A stretch of 64,000 nucleotides of DNA, taken from a virus. Below, in pieces: positions 58,140-64,000 of this stretch; position 1 is the first letter of the stretch, and the number at the start of each line of letters is the position of its first letter. The notes beneath the pieces were generated by a model that searched no databases, was not told the DNA's origin, and was given only the letters and a program-made list of their open reading frames with translations. Where the stretch lies: IMG/VR virus record IMGVR_UViG_3300011335_000900, positions 32,001-96,000 of that record. One strand, 5' to 3'. Position numbers and translations under genes: made by a program.

Positions 58140-58604
58140 ATGGCAAAATATACTAGTACAAAATTATTTGATGGATACTCAACAGTATTTCGTCAATGGA
58201 AAGCAGAAGATACCCATTGCAGATTCCTACATGGATACGCAGTATCTTTTAGAGTTTGGTTTGAAGGTGAATTAGATCACAGAAATTGGGTATGGGACTT
58301 TGGTGGAATGAAGCGATCCAAAACTAAAATTTCTGGAATGTCTCCAAAAGATTATTTTTCCTTTTTATTAGACCACACAACAGTTGTAGCTATAGATGAT
58401 CCATACTTAAAAAAATTCCAACAAATGGATAAAGATGGCATCATACAGTTACGAATACTCCCAGCTACTGGATGCGAAAAATTTGCAGAACATTTATATT
58501 ATATAATCAATGCATTCTTAAAAGAAGAAACAGAAGATAGAGTAAAAGCAATAAAAGTAGAAGTTTATGAACACGAAAAAAACAGTGCAAGCTATGGACA
58601 ATAA
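58140..58604 (+). CDS. queD: 6-carboxytetrahydropterin synthase
   Basis: HCRFLHGY, WVWDFG, LDHT, EKFAE, VEVYE. Confidence 0.88.
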   Translation: MAKYTSTKLFDGYSTVFRQWKAEDTHCRFLHGYAVSFRVWFEGELDHRNWVWDFGGMKRSKTKISGMSPKDYFSFLLDHTTVVAIDDPYLKKFQQMDKDGIIQLRILPATGCEKFAEHLYYIINAFLKEETEDRVKAIKVEVYEHEKNSASYGQ

Positions 58605-58665
58605 TTATTATACGATAACCACCACTTTTGGTGACATTAAATTTACATATATTTTAACAAAATGA
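58594..58665 (+). CDS. 23-aa coupled mini-ORF
   Basis: MDNNYYTITTTFGDIKFTYILTK*; overlaps the queD end and has an ATGA overlap with thioredoxin. Confidence 0.35.
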   Translation: MDNNYYTITTTFGDIKFTYILTK

Positions 58666-58910
58666 AACAAATTATTTATTTTAGTTCAACTTGGTGCCAA
58701 CCGTGCAAAAATTTTAAACCTATTATGGAAAGTGTAAGTGCTTCCATTCCTGTTCAATTTGTAGATGTTGATCAGAATCCAACATTAGCTACTCAATATA
58801 ATATTAGAAGTATACCTACTTTAATATTTTTAAAGGATGGACAAGAAGTTAATAAAAAACCTGGAGTTTTAAGTGAATCACAAGTAAAAGAATTATGGAA
58901 TCAAATTTAG
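58662..58910 (+). CDS. trxA: Thioredoxin
   Basis: WCQPC, VDVD, IRSIPT. Confidence 0.9.
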   Translation: MKQIIYFSSTWCQPCKNFKPIMESVSASIPVQFVDVDQNPTLATQYNIRSIPTLIFLKDGQEVNKKPGVLSESQVKELWNQI

Positions 58911-59677
58911 GAAGAATAGAAGATTATAGCAAAACATTACCTATACTTGAATTATATAGATGTGTTCAAAGCGAGGGTTCTCGTTTTGGAAGACCCACTA
59001 TTGCAGTTCGCACAACAGGTTGTACTCACCGTTGCTACTTTGGAGAAGGCGGGTGGTGCGACAGCTGGTATACAAGCATACACCCAGAAAAAGGAACATT
59101 TAACTTTAACGATATTATTAAAATATATGACGAAAATCCTCATATAAAAGAAATGATGTTAACAGGAGGAAGTCCAACTATGCATCCAAAATTAGTAAAC
59201 GAATTAACACACTTTGCACATGAAAGAGATATACTCATTACTATTGAAACTGAAGGTAGTCATTTCGTACCTACCGACTATCCTATTGGCCTTATATCTC
59301 TCAGTCCAAAGTTTAGTAATTCTGTACCCGTACTCGGTGCTGTTACGCCTCAAGGAGCGATTGTGGATCAAAGAATGATCGATCAACACAATAAATTTCG
59401 ATTAAATTTTCATGGGATTCGACAAATGATTGACTTTCATACAGACTACCATTACAAACCAGTATGGGATGGAACAGATAAAGGTCTAGAACAAATTGAA
59501 TCATTCCGCGTCGGATTGGATATTCCAAAAGACAAAACATACATTATGCCTGCTGGAGATACTAGAGAAACATTAATTGAAATGTATCCACTTGTATTTG
59601 AAATGTGTGCTGAAAAAGGATATAACATGACAGGGCGTGACCACATCATAGCTTTCGACCAAGCTCGTGGTGTATGA
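58895..59677 (+). CDS. queE: 7-carboxy-7-deazaguanine synthase (radical SAM)
   Basis: VQSEG..GRPTIAVRTTGC..RC...WCDS, LTGGSP, IETEG, SLSPK. Confidence 0.88.
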   Translation: MESNLGRIEDYSKTLPILELYRCVQSEGSRFGRPTIAVRTTGCTHRCYFGEGGWCDSWYTSIHPEKGTFNFNDIIKIYDENPHIKEMMLTGGSPTMHPKLVNELTHFAHERDILITIETEGSHFVPTDYPIGLISLSPKFSNSVPVLGAVTPQGAIVDQRMIDQHNKFRLNFHGIRQMIDFHTDYHYKPVWDGTDKGLEQIESFRVGLDIPKDKTYIMPAGDTRETLIEMYPLVFEMCAEKGYNMTGRDHIIAFDQARGV

Positions 59678-60096
59678 TAGAAAAACATTATGTTAGTTGG
59701 AATGAAATAGATGAATTAGTTAATTCATTAACCCAGCAAATTGCCCAATCAGGAATTCAAATTGAAAATATTTTTGGATTACAGAGGGGAGGACTTATAC
59801 CAGCGGTTATGGTTTCCCATAAACTAGGAATACCAATGACTAAAGGGACCATTTCCCCAAATACATTAATTATAGATGATATTTGCGATAGTGGAGTTAC
59901 ATTTGCTAATTTTTTTGAAACGCATCAAAAAGAATATGCTTTTCCATTTAATTTAAACTTTGCATGTTTGCATTACAAACCTCAAACTTCCGTATTTAAA
60001 CCTACATTTTATTCTAGTATTTGGAATTCAAATGATTGGCTTTCTTATCCGTGGGAAAGAGAAGATTCAAATACTATTCAAGATTACAAATTTTAA
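59674..60096 (+). CDS. Type I purine phosphoribosyltransferase (Gpt-like)
   Basis: RGGLIPA, LIIDDICDSGVT, W..YPWE. Confidence 0.85.
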   Translation: MIEKHYVSWNEIDELVNSLTQQIAQSGIQIENIFGLQRGGLIPAVMVSHKLGIPMTKGTISPNTLIIDDICDSGVTFANFFETHQKEYAFPFNLNFACLHYKPQTSVFKPTFYSSIWNSNDWLSYPWEREDSNTIQDYKF

Positions 60097-60144
60097 TTTG
60101 GTTTACCTAAAAAATTTTCGTACATTTATATAAAATAATAAGTT

Positions 60145-60435
60145 ATGGGAAGAGGAAGACCTTCTAAAAAAATTACAACTAAACCTACATTTGTTAGAAC
60201 TGGAAGACCATCATCTGAAAAAATAATAATATGTGTTGTTTATAAAAAACCAACAGGTAAAAAACACTACTTAAACACATATAAAAACCTTGAAATAGAT
60301 TCTATTATATCAAACAGAAAACATACACCTGTTATTTCAGATGATCATGAAATCGTTGACATTGGAATAGGAAAGTCGTATATTGAAAGATATAAAAAAC
60401 AATATAAAATAGATAAAATTACAATACAAGATTAA
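60145..60435 (+). CDS. Basic hypothetical protein with GRGRP/TGRP AT-hook-like motifs
   Basis: Host-type promoter at 60098. Confidence 0.55.
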   Translation: MGRGRPSKKITTKPTFVRTGRPSSEKIIICVVYKKPTGKKHYLNTYKNLEIDSIISNRKHTPVISDDHEIVDIGIGKSYIERYKKQYKIDKITIQD

Positions 60436-60444
60436 TTTAAATAT

Positions 60445-61143
60445 ATGAGTGAAAACAAACGTAGAAAAAATCACACTGATCTAGAGTGTGTAAAAGAAGG
60501 TTATGCAAATGGAGTTGCACCTGGTTTCCCGCTTACAGAACAAGAAAAATGGGAAATGGTTGATAAAGCCGAACTTGCTTATGGTCAATTTTTAACTGCA
60601 TTAGGTGTAGATTGGGAAAATGATCCAAATTCATCAGAAACACCTCGTCGTGTAGCAAAAGCATATGTATTTGATTTATTTGCAGGTCGATATACAGCAA
60701 TGTCTGATATTACATCCTTTCCATCCGATGGATACGACGGTATAGTAATTGAAAGAAATATTCCTATCAATTCAATGTGCTCACACCACCACCAAACAAT
60801 TGGAGGAGTAGTTCATATTGGATATGTTGTAGGAGATGAAGGTAGAGTAATTGGCTTATCCAAATTAAACCGAATAGTAGAGCTATTTGGACGTAGAGGA
60901 GCAATCCAAGAACAATTAACATCAGCTATCCACAATGCTGTAAATAAAATTTGTGAATTGAATAGAGGTGTAATTGTAACTGTAGTAGCAACACATAATT
61001 GTGTTTCATGTCGTGGTATTAAACATCAAGGAGCATCAATGGTTACAACTAAAGCATCAGGTGTGTTTATGGAAAACGATAATCAAGCACGCAAAGAATT
61101 TTTTGATTCACTAAAAATAAATAACGGCGGACACCAAATCTAA
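60445..61143 (+). CDS. folE: GTP cyclohydrolase I
   Basis: ETPRRVAK, SMCSHH, GLSKLNR, QEQLT, HNCVSCRG. Confidence 0.95.
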   Translation: MSENKRRKNHTDLECVKEGYANGVAPGFPLTEQEKWEMVDKAELAYGQFLTALGVDWENDPNSSETPRRVAKAYVFDLFAGRYTAMSDITSFPSDGYDGIVIERNIPINSMCSHHHQTIGGVVHIGYVVGDEGRVIGLSKLNRIVELFGRRGAIQEQLTSAIHNAVNKICELNRGVIVTVVATHNCVSCRGIKHQGASMVTTKASGVFMENDNQARKEFFDSLKINNGGHQI

Positions 61144-61153
61144 AATTAAAAAT

Positions 61154-61384
61154 ATGTCAACATCAACTTTACTCTATGAAGCTTTAGAGTTAAAATATAG
61201 AGCTCAAATAGCAGAAGCAAAAGCAACTTTATCAATTTACTTTGAAAATTCAGTTGGAATTGGAGAACACCCTCAACATTTGGAGGAAATGGATAAATTA
61301 ATTTCTCAACTAGCGGATGCACAAGATAAATTAGAAGCATTAAATCAACTTATCTTTAATCAAAATCAATCATTACCATTTTAA
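61154..61384 (+). CDS. Small helical hypothetical protein
   Basis: VGIGEHPQ motif familiar from T4-like phages. Confidence 0.6.
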   Translation: MSTSTLLYEALELKYRAQIAEAKATLSIYFENSVGIGEHPQHLEEMDKLISQLADAQDKLEALNQLIFNQNQSLPF

Positions 61385-61394
61385 AAATAAAAAT

Positions 61395-61937
61395 ATGAAA
61401 CTACTAAAAGGATTTAAAAATCAAATCACAAAATTTCTAGCAAAACAAGTTGTTAGCAATACAAAAGACAACTATGTACCATTTGTATCAGAAGTTGAGG
61501 AATTTAATGCAATAATGGGAAAGCCCAATAATTATACCCCGAACATACCCGATGAAAAAGAGTGGATGTTTGTCTATAATTTCATTTTAGAAGAATTGGA
61601 GGAATATAAACATGCATGCGAAACAGGGAATATTGTTGAGGTTCTTGATGCTCTATGTGACATTACCTACGTTTCATTGGGTAACGGTGCTTGCTTACAC
61701 GGTCTTAAGGATAAAATATGGCCAGCATATCAAGAAGTACAAGCGTCTAATCTTAGCAAAGCTTGCACAAGTAAAAAGGAGGCACAAGAAACCGTTAGAG
61801 TACGTTCCGAAGAGCAAAAGACTCCGTGTCACTATGAGAAGGTTGGTAGATATTATATCGTCTATAGAAGCTCTGACAAAAAAGTAATGAAATCAATAAA
61901 TTATTTTAGACCTGACTTATCTCAATTTTTAAAATAA
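61395..61937 (+). CDS. MazG-like/all-alpha NTP pyrophosphohydrolase
   Basis: EELEEY..EVLDALCDITYV, VQASNLSK, KVMKS..YFRPDL. Confidence 0.85.
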   Translation: MKLLKGFKNQITKFLAKQVVSNTKDNYVPFVSEVEEFNAIMGKPNNYTPNIPDEKEWMFVYNFILEELEEYKHACETGNIVEVLDALCDITYVSLGNGACLHGLKDKIWPAYQEVQASNLSKACTSKKEAQETVRVRSEEQKTPCHYEKVGRYYIVYRSSDKKVMKSINYFRPDLSQFLK

Positions 61938-61942
61938 TATTT

Positions 61943-61971
61943 AAAAAGCTTGCCTACCCGCAGGCTTTTTT
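61943..61971 (+). terminator. Terminator overlapping the polB promoter
   Basis: aaaaagcttgc-ctaccc-gcaggcttttt. Confidence 0.7.
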
Positions 61972-61994
61972 GTATCTTCATATAAATAAAAGTT

Positions 61995-64000
61995 ATGTAT
62001 CAAAGTGTTTACTACAACAGGTTACCAGGAGAAGATCAATGGTACTACTATCTACGGGACGATAAAAAAGGAATACACAAATTCCAATATTGGCCTACTC
62101 TATATAAGTTAGATGAATATGGGGAACATGAAACACTATTTGGTGAAAAATGTTCTCCAATATCTGGCAAATACGATAGAAAAGATCCTACAATTTATGA
62201 AAAAGACATTGACCGTGAACTTGTAATCTTAAGAGATCTGTACTACAAGACAGATGAAATGCCTGAATACCACAATACCGTTTATTTAGATATTGAAATT
62301 GAAATTTTAGGTGCACTTACCCCATTTACCATTAGAGAAGCTAATGCAGAAATTACAGCCATTGCTTTAATTGATACCTCCACCAAAGAAAAGATATGTT
62401 TTATTTTAGATAAAGCAGGTAAAATAGAGGATATAGACCAAGATGGAAAAACAATCATTTCGTGCCCAGATGAAAACACTTTACTACGTAAATTCTTATT
62501 AAAATGGGAGCAAATGGACCCTACAATTGTAGTAGGATACAATAGTGATTTCTTTGATATTCCTTATTTATATTATAGAATTAGAAAATGTTTAGGAGAT
62601 GAAGCAAACCGTTTATCCCCAATTGGAAAAATTACAGAAACATTATCTCAACCAAATTCCCCAATTAAAATTGGTTTAGTTAGCAGTTTAGACTATATGT
62701 TATTGCTTCGCAAATATATTGCTAAAGAAGAACCATCTTACAAGTTAGGTGATATCGGTAAAAAATATGTTAATTTAGGTAAAATTGAATATAACGGTAA
62801 TTTAGATACTTTATTTAGGGAAGATCCACTTAAATTTATAGAATACAATATTCGAGATGTTGAAATTATAGAAGCATTAGAGGAAAAACAAAAATTTATT
62901 GAATTAACTATTTTGATTTCCCATTTATGCCATACACCATATGAATCAATTTACTACAATACCATATTAAACGAGGGGGCGATTTTAACGTATTTAAAAC
63001 GCAAGGGTATAATTGCACCCAATAAACCAACTACTACAAACCACACCATTAAAGAGCTTGAACTTGGTGATCACGTGGTACATCAACGCGGTACTTCAAC
63101 AATTGAGGGTACTGTATATAGCTTTGAAAAAGACAACATTGTTGTAAAAACAATGGCAGGAAAATATGTTAACCGCTACCCTAAATCAATCCGTAAAAAA
63201 GATAGCTACGCAGGTGGATACCTACTAGATCCTATCCCCGGATTATATTCAGATGTAAGTGACTTAGACTTTACCTCACTGTATCCCTCCATTATTAAAT
63301 CTTTGAATTTAGGTGTTGAAACACTAATAGGTAGAATTGTTACAAAAGACAATTACGAACAATATAATTCACTTGAGCAGTTAAAGAAACTTGATCCCGA
63401 GGAAAAACTACACATACAAAAATTAGTTAAACGATCCTATACTTTAAAAGATGCTACTATAGCAGCGGGAGCTTTAATTAAATTAATTGAAGACAATAAT
63501 TGGACTATTTCCGCTAGTGGAGCATTTTATAGAACAGATCAAAAGAGCATAGCTTGTGAAGTACTAGAGGATTGGTTCAATCAAAGAGAACATTATAGAG
63601 CACTTAAGAAAAAAGCAGGTAAAGCAGAAGATTGGGTAAACTACAAATTGTATGACTTGTACCAAATGGCATTTAAAATCTTGCAAAACGCTTTATATGG
63701 TACATATGCAATTAACTCTTGGCGTTTTACAGATGGATTTAAAATATGCTCAGCCGCTATTACAAATTCAGGTCAGAGATTAACTAAAGAATCAATTACA
63801 TTTGTAAACGACTACATCTCCACACAATTAGATATAGATCAAAAACCATTTGTTATCGCGTCGGATACAGATTCTCTTTACATGGAGCTAACTGATTTGC
63901 TAAAACATAGAAACCCTGATTTAAAATACGAAGACCGTGAAGAGAAAATCAAACATTTACTCATTTTAACTGAGGAACTCCAGCAAGTAGCAAACGATAA
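61995..64000 (+). CDS. Family B DNA polymerase (runs off the window end; absent from the ORF track)
   Basis: Read from ATG 61995: ExoI LDIEIE, ExoII GYNSDFFDIPY, ExoIII YNIRDV, motif A DFTSLYPS, motif B KILQNALYG, motif C SDTDS. Confidence 0.95.
   Translation, partial: MYQSVYYNRLPGEDQWYYYLRDDKKGIHKFQYWPTLYKLDEYGEHETLFGEKCSPISGKYDRKDPTIYEKDIDRELVILRDLYYKTDEMPEYHNTVYLDIEIEILGALTPFTIREANAEITAIALIDTSTKEKICFILDKAGKIEDIDQDGKTIISCPDENTLLRKFLLKWEQMDPTIVVGYNSDFFDIPYLYYRIRKCLGDEANRLSPIGKITETLSQPNSPIKIGLVSSLDYMLLLRKYIAKEEPSYKLGDIGKKYVNLGKIEYNGNLDTLFREDPLKFIEYNIRDVEIIEALEEKQKFIELTILISHLCHTPYESIYYNTILNEGAILTYLKRKGIIAPNKPTTTNHTIKELELGDHVVHQRGTSTIEGTVYSFEKDNIVVKTMAGKYVNRYPKSIRKKDSYAGGYLLDPIPGLYSDVSDLDFTSLYPSIIKSLNLGVETLIGRIVTKDNYEQYNSLEQLKKLDPEEKLHIQKLVKRSYTLKDATIAAGALIKLIEDNNWTISASGAFYRTDQKSIACEVLEDWFNQREHYRALKKKAGKAEDWVNYKLYDLYQMAFKILQNALYGTYAINSWRFTDGFKICSAAITNSGQRLTKESITFVNDYISTQLDIDQKPFVIASDTDSLYMELTDLLKHRNPDLKYEDREEKIKHLLILTEELQQVAND

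Noticed and set aside
129-62542. Minus-strand ORFs and short alternative-frame ORFs in the track
   Set aside because: All overlap well-supported + strand genes, and many are antisense shadows of repeats; no motifs or promoters support them
63030-63200. Intein in PolB (also looked for in DnaB, NrdA and RecA)
   Set aside because: No C/S-start and HN-C/S/T junction motifs; protein lengths leave no room
1-64000. Stop-codon reassignment, tRNA or rRNA genes
   Set aside because: Genes are full length in the standard code and end with TAA, TAG or TGA; intergenic gaps are short and no cloverleaf was recognised

Overview
AT-rich, gene-dense segment of a large T4-like myovirus genome with every credible gene on the + strand. 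The host is probably a Bacteroidota: 13 TTG-N20-TAnnTT promoters with fixed spacing, and A-rich leaders without Shine-Dalgarno sites. Gene order: head (scaffold, major capsid, PhoH), neck, tail (two tandem sheaths, tube, chaperone pair, tape measure, baseplate), replication (a thumb-less mini PolA, SSB, RecA/UvsX, 5'-3' exonuclease, DnaB, NrdB/NrdA), a multi-membrane-protein lysis cassette, repeat-rich fibre genes, a sulfation/glycosylation module, a 7-deazaguanine cluster (DpdA-like, QueC/D/E, FolE, PRTase, MazG-like) and the 5' part of a family B DNA polymerase. The most striking observation concerns the three free-standing homing endonuclease genes. Each is immediately preceded, at its late promoter, by a short non-coding copy of a conserved motif of the NEXT gene. 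In two of the three cases the functional gene carries the same motif recoded with synonymous, rarer codons. Other leads are capsid-targeting leaders on methyltransferase-like proteins, a host-type sensor domain in the lysis cassette, a QueC lacking its Zn cysteines with a pseudoknot leader, and a probable +1 tail-chaperone frameshift. All functional calls come from motif recognition by eye, without database searches.
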